From assembly GCA_964304625.1 (NCBI GenBank), contig OZ199840.1:3297431-3361430 (forward strand): DNA of 64,000 nt, read 5' to 3'. The first letter of the stretch is position 1, and each line of letters opens with the position of its first letter. The notes under the pieces were generated by a model that was not told the DNA's origin, made no database searches, and saw nothing but the letters and a program-made list of their open reading frames with translations. This document shows, in pieces, positions 41,930 to 56,000 of the stretch. The position numbers and the translations under genes were made by a program. The DNA is from Kudoa neothunni (Eukaryota; Animalia; Cnidaria).

Positions 41930-42860
41930 ATACTATACCAATACCGATTTTACTTGGCGAAATAATTCCTCTATAGTGTTGAGGAATGTTGAATATGGAG
42001 GCAGAAACATAACTATACGACCTCTTGAATCAAATTTTTGGCGAATAAGATCGATTTTATGAAACCTTACATTGTCCATAATTAACAGCGCACTTTGAAT
42101 TCCATCGTTCGACAAATCATCAAGATGTTTTTCTATTAAAATATAGAAACTTCGCTGATTCACTGTAATACCACTTTCCAGCTGGAATGTCCAAACTTTT
42201 TCAAATTTAATATCGGCTACCAATGTAATGCTTTTGGATCGAATATTTTTTACTTTAAGGTTTGCTTTTGAACCCGAAAGTGACCTTCCAAATGTTCGTC
42301 TCATAGAGAGCGAGAAGCCAGACCTAGACTCATCAATGTAAATTACAGGAGAATGGAGTGGTTTACATTGCAGATATTCTAAAACATAACGTAACATATA
42401 AATATAATATTTGCTTTTGATTAATACAAACATTTTTTTCGTTTATATGTGCAATCCTGAGAATTTCTCGTAATCGGTACAATTGAAATTTTTTGAGGAT
42501 AAAATAGAATTGATTTAAACAATTAGCAATAATCTGCCCAGAAGCACCGATATTATGTTATTCTTGTAGTTTTCTTGCGATTGAATCTAATGTGATTGTG
42601 TAATCATCATTCACTAAGCTTTGGATATACGATTCATGGGCGGTTGTTAATTTTAACTCCTGTCCCCGCCTCTTTTCTTAGGAATGCATTCTTTATCGGT
42701 CTTATCATCCTCGAATTTTTTTGTAAGAACCGCGAAATTGTTGATTTATGAACGCCAAGTTTTGTGGCAATTCGGCCATCGGTACAATTTTCCTTAACAT
42801 CTCTCAAAAGCAGTTTAACTAACGCTATATGCTTTAGATATCCTAATGATAATTTCTGTC
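41930..42860 (-). mobile_element. IS630/Tc1-like DD34E transposase, truncated
   Basis: VIYIDES..MDNVRFHK..FLPPYSTFLNTIEE, with 34 residues between the second D and the E. Confidence 0.85.
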
Positions 42861-43019
42861 ATTGTGTCGTCTAAAGAAACATATTTTCTTTTTGTGATGT
42901 TAAGCTGTGATGAGTTACGATCCGACATGGTTATCTGTATTTTCGCGAATCAGTTTAATCTTGATCCAACACTGTTGCATTTTGATTCGACACCGTTGTA
43001 TTTAGGTCTTGAAATACTA

Positions 43020-44745
43020 CATTAATAGGAGAGAGAATTGAAATAAGTGAAACTATGTTCGAATTTAGATTTGGTGGTTTTTAACATCTGTAATAAAAAC
43101 AGAAGAATCATCGGTGCTATCTTCCAAAATTGCAATATCCAATTCATATGGTGTTTAATCTCATTATTTTGACTAATAAATTTAGTTGGCACTATCTGGT
43201 CTAAACTCTTATTATTGATGTTTGAATTAATATTGTTAACTTCTTCATCGATCAGTCTATTCATATCATGTATGTACTTTGCGTTCATTTTCAAAACTTA
43301 TCATTTGTTTAAATTTGTTGGGAATCTTGGATTTAAAATTCGTGTTATTATTCGCAGAATTATTGGAGGAATATAGGACATCATCAATGTTAATCTTCTC
43401 GGGATTGTCAATGGTGAGAGGGTGATTTTTAACATTTAATATATCTGTTTGTGTATCATTATCAATCTGATTATTTGCTCTAATTATCCCCCCCCCCCCA
43501 ACTCCAGACGGTTGCGCTCAAATTCTACATACCAATGCAATTCCTTCGGATTTATTGATTGATTATTAGTGGGAAGATTATTATCAGCGCATTTAGATTT
43601 ATTAATGGTTTCAACAAAATTATCAACTTTATTGCAATTATTATAATCAGTTTGCATGTAGGAATATATTAAATGTGAGTTTTGAGTTATGTTTGATGAT
43701 GTATTGTAATTGCGTTGATCTGCGCAAGCATGCTTAACATGGATGTTGTTGTGTCCGTTAATGATTCCAGTTAATGTTGGTTTAGTGTTATCAATAAGTT
43801 GATTATGTTGACGCTGTTGTCGGGAATTAAAAACCTTTAGAGTGTTAATTGATTTATGGCTGACTTTGAAATTCGAATTAGTCGTACGACTACTTAAAAC
43901 ATTCGTCGCATATCGTCGTAGGTTACAGAAGAATGATACATCATTGATTGATTGTTGGAATTGTTGTTAACATTATCGTTAGTATTAGGTTGATTTTTTG
44001 ATAATGTTTCAACGATTAAAGTGTTATTCATTGGTTGGATGTGAGCTGATTCATCAACTACCTCTATATTGATTGGATTATTTGGATTATCCGTAGGTAA
44101 ATTGTCATAGGACACATGTTGGAATGCAGAATCATTAGGATCAGCAATAGTCGATTTTCCAGTGTTTAAATTCATTGTTGCCGCGACATTTGGATCATCG
44201 TAGTAAAAAACAGCAATATTGCTATTGTTATTATCAAGTTTGTTATCAATATCGTTATCAGTTGTGATAAAAGTATCACATCATGATCAGTCAAATTTTC
44301 ACATTTAACAATAATACTATCATTTACGGCCATAGGTTGATCATTTGAATTATTTTCATCATCGATTTGGATAATTACATCAATATTTGGCGCATCATTA
44401 CAAGCATGATAACAATTGTCGTGACTCAAGTCACGATTAAAATAAACATTTATCAGTAAACAAAATTATTTACATATTTAACAATCGGCATTTGCCGATA
44501 GAGGTCGATAAATATTTGAACCGTTGGTTTTTTTGCGCACAAGAAAAAGAACTAAAAAATCGCTACAACAATATCCATAATTGATCTTATCAGTCACAAC
44601 AATAATATCATTTGAAATAGAATCAGCATCATTTATAACAATCACATCGTTACTCGTAACAGTAACATTGTCAACATAACCATCAATAGTAACAACCTGA
44701 TTATTTATAGTATTAACATCTGCATTGAATTGAATTTGCGCTAGC
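43020..44745 (-). mobile_element. 5'-region fragment of an A-family non-LTR retrotransposon (Asn-rich ORF)
   Basis: DNA nearly identical to part of 62900-63550; TTCGAATTAGTCGTACGACTACTTAAAA occurs at both 43872 and 62926. Frameshifted. Confidence 0.8.
44417..44567. mobile_element. Solo LTR (151 bp)
   Basis: TGT...ACA ends with a 5-bp TSD ACAAT (44412-44416 and 44568-44572). Absent from the homologous site near 63390. Confidence 0.85.
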
Positions 44746-44749
44746 ATAC

Positions 44750-47248
44750 AAACACACAGTTCTTAAATCATGACCAACTAATGACGAATATTTTCTTTTT
44801 AAGCTTGTTGACTAACAGTCAACAACACTCCCACACGCGGAAATTCATAAAAATAAGATGTTTTATGGATCTTCTCACGTTTTCCGTATACAGGCTTTAC
44901 ATCGCGGATGTCACGTTACTTTCAGACTTTTTGTATATTTCGACAATTTTTCCGATCTTCCAACTGTTTGGCTTGGTAGGTTCCATCACATGAACAACAT
45001 CGTCAATTGGAGGTATTGAGTTTCTTTTTAATTTGACTTGAAGATGATCCATTTGATAACGTTGTCGGAGATTCAAGACATTGATTTCATCAGTGCTACC
45101 AACAGTTTTCAAGAGCTTGCTTTCCCTCTTTCCATAATTCAATAATAACTTTGTTGGAGTTCATCCCATTCACTTTATAATTAGCATCAACGTTGGGCAC
45201 TTTAACTTCATTCCAAAAAACGTATTGTTTGTTTAGACATAGAAATCATTTACACAAATAGCTTTTGTGATTTCTTCGCTTGTTATACAGGTTAATGGTC
45301 CAGAGTTGATCATGAATTCTATTTCGTCGAGAAATATATCGAATTGATTAAATGAATATTTTCTTGAACCAAGAGTTTTCCGAAGGAACGTTTTCACCAG
45401 CCAAATCATTCTTTTGTAAAAACCTCCCATCCAAGGTACGAACTCAATGATAAATTTCCATGAAATATTTCATTTCTCACAGTACAAATTAAGAATTGAT
45501 GGTTGTAGCTCACTGTTTCTCTATAGGTTTAATATTGACTTCGAGAAAGGTCAGAAATTTTTGGCAGTCAGATATTACCAATGTGGGGCATCCTCTTTGA
45601 CTCGTAAATCTTTTGAACCAATTAAGAAACTCTTCACCAGATAATGATTCTGTGAGTTCCAGATGTGTTTCACGGATTGTAGCGCACGTAAAGAGACGTC
45701 CACATTTTATTTTCATCGGCTTCGTTGAATATTTTGAATGGACCGGCATAATCTACTCCAATGAGTGGATGGCGTGTATTCATTGACTCTGAAATCGAGG
45801 AAGTTTGGAAATTGAGGTAATTGGTAAAGTTGATGGTTGAATTTTGTGCATTGGTAACAATATTTGATTGCTGAACGAACTATGGAACGTATGTGGGATG
45901 TCCAGAAATTTTGCGTAAATCGGCTTAATGTGGAGATGGTACCGATAGCACGATGACCTCCAATTTCATGCACATCCAATGTAATTAAGCGAGTAACATA
46001 ACTTGATTTTGGCGGGAAATATGGATGTTTCGGATTTAATGAAGATTCCATGCTGTTTAGGCGATCGCCGCACGATAAAAATCCATTGTCATCTATGTAT
46101 ATCCCAAATTTAACCCTTTGTTTGCCGTACTTTTTCATTCTCAACGCATTAAATTTTGCTGATAGATTTAATTCTTGCAATTCCTTACTAAGTTTTTTTT
46201 GGTGGCGCTAATTTCTGTTTGATAATTTTGTTGACTGTGTATGTCTCTTCATACAATGGGAAATGAAACGTATAATCCAGGCTACGGATCTCTTCATCAT
46301 ATAAAATTTGGAGAATCGAGTTGGATTCTCCAAAACCAAAATTGAAAATTTATTTGTTTTGAGCTACTTCAAATGTGTGACTTAGTTGGGTTAGGATAAT
46401 CCTGTTATTTGGTATAGCAATATGTGATTCTGTAATCATTTGAGTTCGCCATTTATTTCGATCGTGTAAAATAAATTAAGGAGCAGAAAACCATAATTCC
46501 ATATTGATTTTATCGGATAGATTTATTCCTCGAGTTGCTTTATCGGCACGATCTATTTTGGATTAAATAAAGTTCCAAGTAACGTTATCCAAATTTTCGT
46601 ATTTTAACAATTCTACTTCTGTCAAATGCCGGTAATGATTTTTAGATTTAATCCACTGCAAACCACAGAGTCACTACAAATATTTGTTTTTCTGATATGT
46701 TGATTTTCATAGATTTTTTAACATATTTTGTATCTCTTGCTCTAAGCAGGACTCCAATTAGTTCTAATTTTGAAATCGTCATGTGTTTTATAGAAGCGAC
46801 TTTAGTCATTGAATAAACGAGCATAGCTGATTCGTACTGTCAGTTTCTACAACTAAGTAGATGGCACAAGCATATGTTAGCTGAGAAGCATCAGTGAAGA
46901 AAAATAACTTGCAAGTGGAGCGTTCTTTATGGAAACTGACTTTGGTGAACGTTCTGTTTATTACATGATGATATCTCTTTTAAATCGTTTGTGATATCGG
47001 ACCATTTTTTGCGGATGCCTTTTGGTAGCACATCATCCCAATCGCATTTAAACCGCCATATTTCTCTTAGCAGAAATTTAACCTTCAAAGTGATTGGAAA
47101 GAAGATACCCAGGGGATAGAATATACAAGATATATTGGAGGCGATAATTCGTTTTCTTTTACCTTTATCGCTTTGCGTTGTCTTCTACTTTTTAATAGGA
47201 GACGTATCGTTAAAAGTGTTCCGCATAATGCCAAGAACTTTGACGTCA
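44750..47248 (-). mobile_element. BEL/Pao LTR retrotransposon 1: RNase H-integrase region and partial 3' LTR
   Basis: KVLG, FTDAS..YACAIY, TISKLELIG, integrase HHCC, LFTCATIRETHLEL, PWMGGFYKRM and WKIGKI. The 3' LTR starts TGTTGTTGA at 44827. Confidence 0.88.
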
Positions 47249-50200
47249 TGTGCTGTGTATTGTTTAATTTTTATTAATGCGCAAATACACAACACTTATT
47301 TTTAGAGTAGGCCATCAGAAAATCGACTAAATTCGAAATATAATACTGTGTATTTGTTTGTTGATTCAATAATCAACAACACTTCGAGGGACCAGTTTCA
47401 AATTTGTAACGAAATTTGATGGAACGCCTGATTACGTTGTCGTCGGAGCATTTGACAGATGCAGAGATTATTCGGTTTTCTGAATTACGGTGCAAGAGTG
47501 TTATACGTCCAATACCCCAGCAATTTCTTTTTGTTGATTCCGTGATGTGGACAATTTTACCAAATTTTGGCTCTTAGGGTAATGCTTTTTTTGTTGTATG
47601 TGTTAGGAGTTATATCTTTCTCATAATTGTAGGAGGTAACCATATTCCCATGATTTTCAAAACGTGGTTAGAAGGTTCTGTCCCCTTTCTCTTCCAGTTT
47701 TGAATAATTGTTTCCTGTGATGTTGACGCACGATTAGGTATGAATTCTTCCTCAGTTGTCTCCAAGTTTTCAGTGTTTAAGAATAATGAGTTAGACAAGG
47801 GAAGTTTGATGTAGTTAATGGAATTGCTAGATCATATGGATCAATATAATTCAGCGGACGGGTGTTGATAACAGATTCTATCTCCACAATAAAGATATGG
47901 AATTTGTTGTGATCATATTTTGTGGATTGGAGTAATTTCTTCATAGAAGATTTGACAAGACCGATCAGCTTTTCGTAGAATCCCCCCCCCATCCACGAAG
48001 AAAACTATACGATGAATTTCCATTTGGTCAGAATAGTTCTCGATTGATGATGGTGTGATCTCCTTTTAGTTTTGTAGTTTTGATAATATCTTCGACATCA
48101 ATTTGAATTATTTGGCATTATCTGAAAAGATAAATTCAGGTAATCCTCGTCTACCAATGAATTTTCTGACAGTTTAGAAATTCTTCACCACTTAGAGGAT
48201 TTGTGATTACCAGATGGACGACTCGGATAGTAGTGCAAGTAAACAGGCAGATCCATACTTTTAATGTGTCGTTCATAGATTTGAAAAGGTCCAGCGTAGT
48301 CAAACACTGTATAAATTCAATGGCTGGGCGATTCACGATCTGAAATCAGTTAGGTTTGATGACGTTGGTATTTTTTGCATAGAGTAATAAATCTTTTGCA
48401 CCAAGCTACTGTTCGTATCAAAGTGTGAAAATTTGAAAATCTTTTTGCGTCGATACCTAAACATAAAATTTCATTATCATTTACTGAGTTGCTTGACCTA
48501 GGTTGCATTAATACTGTAACATGTCTTCCCATGTGTTCACTTATTCAATTGAAACTCCTCTGTTGGTCATTCCGTTTTTTCCTCTGACAAATGAATGTCC
48601 ATTTATCCAATTTTTTAACATAATATTGTTAGTTATGTCAATTCCTCTCGTTGTCACATCAGCTGGATTTAAATTTGAAGGAATGAAATTTAGGGAAATA
48701 TTTTTCGTCATATTTCTTCTGATTTTGTTTGTTGCGATTGAAGACGATTTGCCATTCTTGGCCCAATACAGTATAAATTTCGAATCGCAAAAAATGTATC
48801 TTTTCTTTATTGGTTGTTTTATGAGCGTTGAGCCATTTCAACATTACACGTCGAGCAGCATTCCCATGAGTTGAAATTTGGAATAGTCGTTATTTTCAAT
48901 GGTGCTAACTTTGACTTTGCGAGAATAAATGATTCCTTGGTAGCATGATTTTTTAACAATAGGTAAATAGTGCAATGTTTCCTCAACACGCTTAAAGAAA
49001 CACTTTTGACAATTGTTTATCGTTGGGCATCGTGCCCTAAAAATACCCCTCATAATATTGTATATAGGTTAATAATCTTTATAGTATGATTGTTATCTAC
49101 AGCAAATAGCACATGCATATACATTTTGAGAGGCCTTCCAAAAACAAAATAGATTCAGTTCCGTATTGCTATCTACTGAAAGTATGTTGATGTTCTACTG
49201 AATTTCAGGCTTGGTATTTCGTTGAACCGTTCTACTAGATGATTCCATTTAATAACGTTCTTTTTTAGTGTATCCCATTGTAATGTCATTCTCCATAAAG
49301 GTCGACGATATATTCTGCGGGTAATAGTTACAGGTGTAACGAAACCAAATGGATCATATTTTTGTCATATCTTAAAAAACAACTCTTTTAGTTAGGTGGT
49401 CCCTTATCGTCAAGTTGAATGTGCATCTTATGCTTATTGTGTTCCACATCAACCCAAGTATTTTCACATGCTTACTTCCATTCGTATCACCAGGGTTTAT
49501 CTGAGATAGAACCTTGTTTGAATTCGAATTCACTTGCCTCATATTTAGCGATGCGTCGTTGAATAGGTCTTTAATTTTGTAATATAATTCCAATATTTCG
49601 TCTTCGTTATTGCAACCATGAAGAAAATTATCAACATATATCGAGTGTTGGAGTTAGACCAAACTATCATCGGGTTGATTTCGAATAGGTGGGAAATTGT
49701 GGCTTGGAGTAGGAATAGTAAACAGATAATACCAAATGATACTCTTTTGAACATGAAAGTAGCGATGTCTTGATCCATCATCGGCTTGTCTATATCCATG
49801 GAAAGCGAGTATAGTCACGATCCTCTGTCGAGAGTTCGATTTGATGATAAACCTTTTCAATGTCTGCTGTAAATGCTTTCTTTTGAGACGAAATCGTGGT
49901 AAGATACCACAAATCCTCTATGGCAATCGGACCTTAGTGGGGACATTGTTTTAAACTGCAAGTAGAGTTATTGACTCTAGAAGAATCGTCGAAACTATGC
50001 GTTATTTTGTAGTGTCGCTGTTAGGGAAAACACGATGATGTGGGGTATATTGTGAGTTTTGTGGCAATGCCTTTTCGTCTTAAACCTTTTCAATAATACC
50101 ATTTGTTAATTGAGTTTAGATATCATCATATTGTTTTATCAATTTCTTGTCACCCTTGATTTTTTAAACAAACTAATCAATCTTCCTTCGATAGATTGAA

Positions 50201-52077
50201 GTTAGTTGGAAGAATTTCACTATCCTTTCTCCAATGGAGTGAGTGATACTGTGTATCTTTTCCTAATGTTTTGATGTTCTGTTCAAATTGGATTTCCAAG
50301 TCATTGTTCGTTAGCGTCTAGGTCTTTTATACCAATTGATTCCACAGCCCAAAATTATTCAATATTTTTAATATCATCAGTCTTCATTATATACCATAGA
50401 ATTATGTTTAATTTTGAGTGTTTTTCCTTTTCTATGTTTGAAGGGTTTATTCTTACAGCTAAGACGTTTAGAACATCAGTATCAAGTATATATAATCCCG
50501 GTGCCAATTGTTCCCTTACACATCTCACAATTTCCCAAAAATAATACAGGCCAATAAGTACGTCTATATGTTTTGCCAACAGGTTCTACTTTTGATCATC
50601 TTCTTTGCGCAACTTTAGTAAGTAAATTTGTTAGGACAGAATTTGTTATTTGTTCAATGATGTTGACGTGTATAGTTTTTGTACCATTTTTTGTATCATA
50701 ATTTCACCAACTTTCTCGATATTTCTGTACTGTTCTTTGCTCCAAAAATGTTCAGCGCTATTTGTTTTTCTTCTATAGCAGGAAATATGATTTTAGCTGT
50801 CAATTTTTCAGTTATGGACGTTCTATCGCCACCAATATCGAGAAAAGCGCTTCCTTTTAGGCTGATACCAGTATTCTATCTCTCATGGTAAATCTTGCAA
50901 TTGCTGGTAAGATTCGTCCCTTTTGTTAAGAAGCGTTATCGCTGGTATAGATGGATATTTTGATTCACAAAGACTTGAATGATGCACTCGAACGTTTTTG
51001 CTTTAATAACATGATTTGTTTCTTATGCAATTCCTAAATGAGTGACTGGCTCTTAAGCAGTCAAAGCACTAGTCATTAATTTCTTTTGTTTGCTGTCGTA
51101 CGTTTGGTACATTCGCCCGACCAGTGGTCTTCATTATAAAATGTATGTTTTCTTTCGTTATGGATAATCTGAAATTAAAAAAGGAACTTGCTGATTATCA
51201 GAGACACTTGAAAATTTGCTACTACATAACTCAGCTGTTTCTTTAGCGTATAATACGATGTTAATCTCCGTCCGCAAGTTATTCAAAGTTAAGTCCTTAT
51301 TGTAATATTTTGAAATGATGGAAGAATATAATTCTATTGGCAATTTGCTTTAATCAAGGAAAAAAGTGTTGAGAATCTACAATCTCACCGAATGATTCCA
51401 ATGATCTGATATTCGTGTCAATCTGATTTATGTTAGCTCTTAACGAATTAATATTGTTTATTCGCAAATAATGTGAGTGTTTGACGTCCACAATGTTTTC
51501 ATATCTTATCGTAAATAGCTCAATCGCCTTTCGTATTTATTAATTATAACTGGAAGTCCTTCCGTACATTTTGAAGCATCTTCATGTAAGAGTCCTTTCA
51601 AGTACCACAATTTGGATATTGTACTATTCCTTGTATTGAGAGGGAGGTTGGAGTGGAATAAATCTCAAAATTCCATCCATTTATGGATGTCTCCATTAAA
51701 TTTTATTAATCAGATTTTCGGTAATATAACGCCAGAGTAACAATTTTGACTTTCAAAACTATTGTAAATAATTGAATTACCTTGGGATATGAAGGAAGAG
51801 TTCATTATTTGTTGATTTTGTTGATTCTTTGTTAACTCGCGCAAGTCGATTTTAAATAATCTGTCATTACAAATTAGTTCCTCCCAAGTGTTGTTTGTCC
51901 AAGATTATATTATCGAATGTTTGAATTATTTGATTAGCATGTTTTCCACATCTTTATAATGATATCGATTTTTCTAGATGTGATGATGTTTCTTCGATCA
52001 TGTACACTAGCAATGGGCGCCGAAGAGAATGTCATTTTTAAATTACCGAGCGACAGCGATAGATTGCGTCGCTAACA
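47249..52077 (-). mobile_element. BEL/Pao LTR retrotransposon 2 (gag-pol, internally deleted), nested in element 1
   Basis: gag LPKI..FNGD..W.EF, zinc knuckles, RT (DIEK.F, RV.FG, YVDN) and integrase GGFYEKLIG. The 3' LTR is 47249-47381 (TGTTGTTG..CACA on minus). PBS-like CGGCGCCCA at ~52014-52022. Confidence 0.85.
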
Positions 52078-52079
52078 CA

Positions 52080-52965
52080 TTAGATGTTGTATTTGTTATT
52101 AATACTAATCTGAGGATGGATTAGTAACAGATCATCTCGAGTTGAGCGATTATTATCATTCATTAGCTTTTCATCGTATTCCATCAAATTTCTAAGATTT
52201 TCGGTTTTTACCGACAGTTTCGTGTTCAGGTAATTCCCCTCTACCACATTCTTCATTAGTTTCTCATCAATTTGACAAATTTGAGTGGTAGGTGCGATAT
52301 AGCCATATTTTTCGCTTTGATATTCGCATGGTTCAATGCAGAGAGATGTAGTTATAATAATGATTCGATAATCCATGGGGATTATCTCGTCGGAAATGTA
52401 AATTGAGTTTTCTTTGTTTAGTTCCTCTATTAGTGCAATTTTGAGTTGATTACTAGATTGCTTATACCGTTCTTTACATTCCAACATCATTTCATTTGAG
52501 GGATTTTGGCGCCACTTCGGTTGATCACCATCCTCATCAACTTCAAAGATGGCTTGACTTTTAGCTGTTCCATATCATCTACAGTCTCATCACTCAAGAA
52601 TAGCAAAGTAACACTGTTGGGTATGTTTCAAAGTACTCATCGATTACTTCCGTGGCTTCTAGAAGGAGATTTTCACGAGATAAAATCTCGGCAAAAATCT
52701 TCATAGAGCGCCTTGAAACAACGAGAGATACTTCCGTACAAAATCAGCAATAGTTTTATCAAAGTAACTCAGTTTAGCACCACATGATTTCAATTCTAAA
52801 TATTTAGAATAACGTACATAAATCATCGGCGAAAGTTCGTGGTCGAAATATCTCAACGTAGAGATGTCACACAAACTCCGCAGTTGAAGCGTTAGAATGC
52901 TCTCATCGTATATTAGACTAGTATAACAACATTTTTCTTTTTCGCAGCGCAAAAAAGAAAAACGT
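52080..52965 (-). mobile_element. Unit C: 5' part of a B-family RLE non-LTR retrotransposon, truncated by BEL/Pao
   Basis: Peptides are homologous to unit B (STLRYFDHEL..YSKYLELKS..ADFVRKYLSLFQ; IP.DYR..ITT...IEP.EYQS.KY.YIA). Confidence 0.8.
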
Positions 52966-53000
52966 CGTCCTATATGGGGATCGAACCCATGACCTCGAGA
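52966..53000 (-). pseudogene. tRNA 3' half (probably tRNA-Lys) at the B/C junction
   Basis: Minus strand reads TCTCG AGGTC ATGGG TTCGATC CCCAT ATAGGAC G, then ACGTTTTTCTTTTTT. Perfect T-arm; no D-arm or 5' half. Confidence 0.85.
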
Positions 53001-56000
53001 ATATAATATAAAGGGAAAATGGTGGTTAATATCTAATATTATGTTAATGGAATAGGTGGAAATTTGGCAGAAATTGGTTGATCCTGTGTGACTTGGTTGA
53101 TCTAAATATACAATTAACATTTATAAGGTAAAATTACTAGGAAATTGGACGATTCAGCTCCTTTTTCACATTCAACTTTGGGATTGGTTGGGAGGATGTT
53201 TTCTTGGAATTTTTCTCTTTAGACTTTAGTTGCGATGAAGGTGGAGGCACCAGAGTCATCGCTGAGATATCTTTGATAACAATGGGCTGCATCACGGTTT
53301 TCTTTTCAAGAGGTGGATTTCGGAAAATGTCATCAGACTGGGTTAAGAACACTTGAAACGATTGAGGATTTCTTAGGAGAATTGGAGGTGGGGATTTCTA
53401 TAGTTGGAATGGATTGTTGGATGGTCTGAACTACACTGATGGACTTTGGTGTAGGTATGCGTTTATTAAAGGAGTTCCCCAGAAGCGTCTTTCTATTTTG
53501 GACATAGGCACCATGCTTTACTATTGGATTAGCACTGGTGCAGTACAGGTGGGCTTTCCAATGGTTGAAGAGTCCAGCAAAGCAGATCTTGTGATTGCCT
53601 TTTTCAAGGTGGATATCCTCTTTTTATTAAAAATAAAAAGAGCTTTGTAAGCGTCGTTATTTGACTCTAATGAGCCCCCAATGCGCCGTAAATGAGTGCA
53701 TGAAGCTGGCAAGAGTAACCTCGATCCATTGTTGCTGTTCCCTTCTGTATTCGATAACCTTATGTCAGAATACCTCTTCGAAACGAGAAAGAGAGGACTC
53801 AAAAGTTACGGAGACGTCGCAGATGATAACGTTCTTGGTCTGGTCATTGAAAAGGGTTATATCTGGCCGACGATTTGAGGGGATCTGGGGGAATATAATG
53901 TCGAGGAATGTAACCCAATTTTTGTTAGGCTTCATCTGTTCAATAATGATCTCAACAATGTGGTTGTCTTGCGGACCTTGCATTTTCCTCAATCTATAAC
54001 CACCCAGGATACGTCCCAGGTGTTCCGTTCCCTCATGACAACATCTGCAGTCAGTGCCCGAGCAAAGCTTACGTGTTTGTAACACGCACTTTGTAGGGAG
54101 CGCGTTCACTCGCACCAGGAGACCAAAGCGATATACATAGGGGGAAACCGCCTTTGTTGATCCAGGAGTTTGCAATTTTGTTCCTACAAAACACTCGACG
54201 GATCGTCCCTGCGTTCGCTGGGACTTCCACACATCAAGAAACATTGTTTGAACATGCCACGGAATACATCGGAGTCTGGTGGCACCTCTGCTTATGGGGT
54301 TGGATATGTACTGGCGGATTCAGATAATCGGGGCCAGTGTCAATCTTACTGGGAGACTGATCATCAACCTGCTTGACTTGTAATCCAAGAGACTTCGTAT
54401 TCAAGCGAATGCTAGAGAATATGCTTCTCACGTCTCTGGATTTGATGTATTCATGATCCCGGTTGAAGTATTCTTGTGGGGTGAGAGACCGTTGTTTCGC
54501 TAATCAACGATGGCTGTGATTGCGTCCTCGGATAACTTTGCAACTCGTTCATCCACAGAATGGATGAGATTAAGCGCAGAAGATAATCTTAGGGCACAAA
54601 ATAAAACTTGAGGCACCGAAAACCTAGTCCTCCTATAGCACAGGTGTACAATAGGGACTTTGTAATAGATTCAGGCAGAGCCAGACATGGCGTATTGATT
54701 CCCGAATCTCAGAATCGACTCATCAAGTCTTCGATGTGGATGATATTATTCTTCATTGAGTATTCGAGGGTAGGTAGCTATTATGCTTTAGTGAGTTGAT
54801 CTTCATAAAATGGAGGAGTCGTGAATTGGAGACTTTATGTAGGTTTTCACTAAACTTTGAGAAACAATATGGCAAGTCTCTGAAAGACAGAAGATTCTTA
54901 TTTGTACCGAGGTACTTATAAAGTCCTCCATCTGCGGAATGGGCACACCTTGGAAAATGTATGATTGGATGGTATCTGTATTGACAATGCGTTTTTTCTT
55001 CGAAAATGTTACGTTGAGCCCAGCGCTTTTCGAATGATTAACGCGTAAACCAAGATTGTTAACAAACTGCTCGGATTAAAAAAGGAGGGCACTCATTTGG
55101 ATATGGTTATGGGACAACAACACAATGTCGTTAGCATAAAGCTAACGCATCAAAAACCTGCCATGGAGTTTATATCCCTGGTTGGTGGTATCAATTCGAC
55201 GGAGAAACGGATCAATGACGAGGTTAAATAACAAAGGAGACAACGGGCAACCCTGTCGCACACCTTTACCATAAGGATAAAGGCCAGGCCGCCATTCTTG
55301 TCGGTAACTTCGTTTAACAACAGTTCGCATACATGTGTTACATGAGATTGGTTATTTGTTTAGGGACATGATTTTTGTTAAGTTGGTTAACAAGTTCTTG
55401 GCGGGGGAACGTATCGAACGCCTTTCTAGGTCTATCCAGACAGCCGATAGAGGGTTCATATTTCGGCGTACATCGTCCCAAATTTCTTGGAGAACGGATG
55501 CGTTGAACACGCATCCGTTTCCACCAACAAAACCTGTCTGAGAGGGGCTCAATTCAACAAGACGTGCAAGCTTTTGGTTGTTCACACTCATGAACATTCG
55601 GGAGATTCTTTGCATGTAGAAATGGGTCTATATGCGGAGGGATCAGACAAGATAGTGTTGGTATCGCGCGAGAATAGAAACCCAATATATTAAATAAAAG
55701 TATAATTAGGATAGAAGAGGTAGTAGTGACCGTATTCGTAAAATAGTAATTATTCCGGTCGTACTAAAGTGAATAACGAGAACTACTAATTAATGTTAAT
55801 GGGAATCAATACGCCCAGCTGATTGGGTATGATAATGTATGTCCTTCCTAATAGTGTCCTTTGGGATCATAACAGATAGGGTCGTCGGACTTTGGAAGGA
55901 GTATAAGACGGCTAACAAGCCAGTCATCAGGGACTACCTCAGAATTGAGGATCTTGTTAGAGAGCTTGGCCAAATATGAATTCATAGAGGGCACTTTCTT

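Noticed and set aside
52014-52022. BEL/Pao PBS as a link to the same tRNA-Lys
   Set aside because: The match is short and imperfect, and GGCGCCC-type PBSs are common, so it gives no specific evidence.
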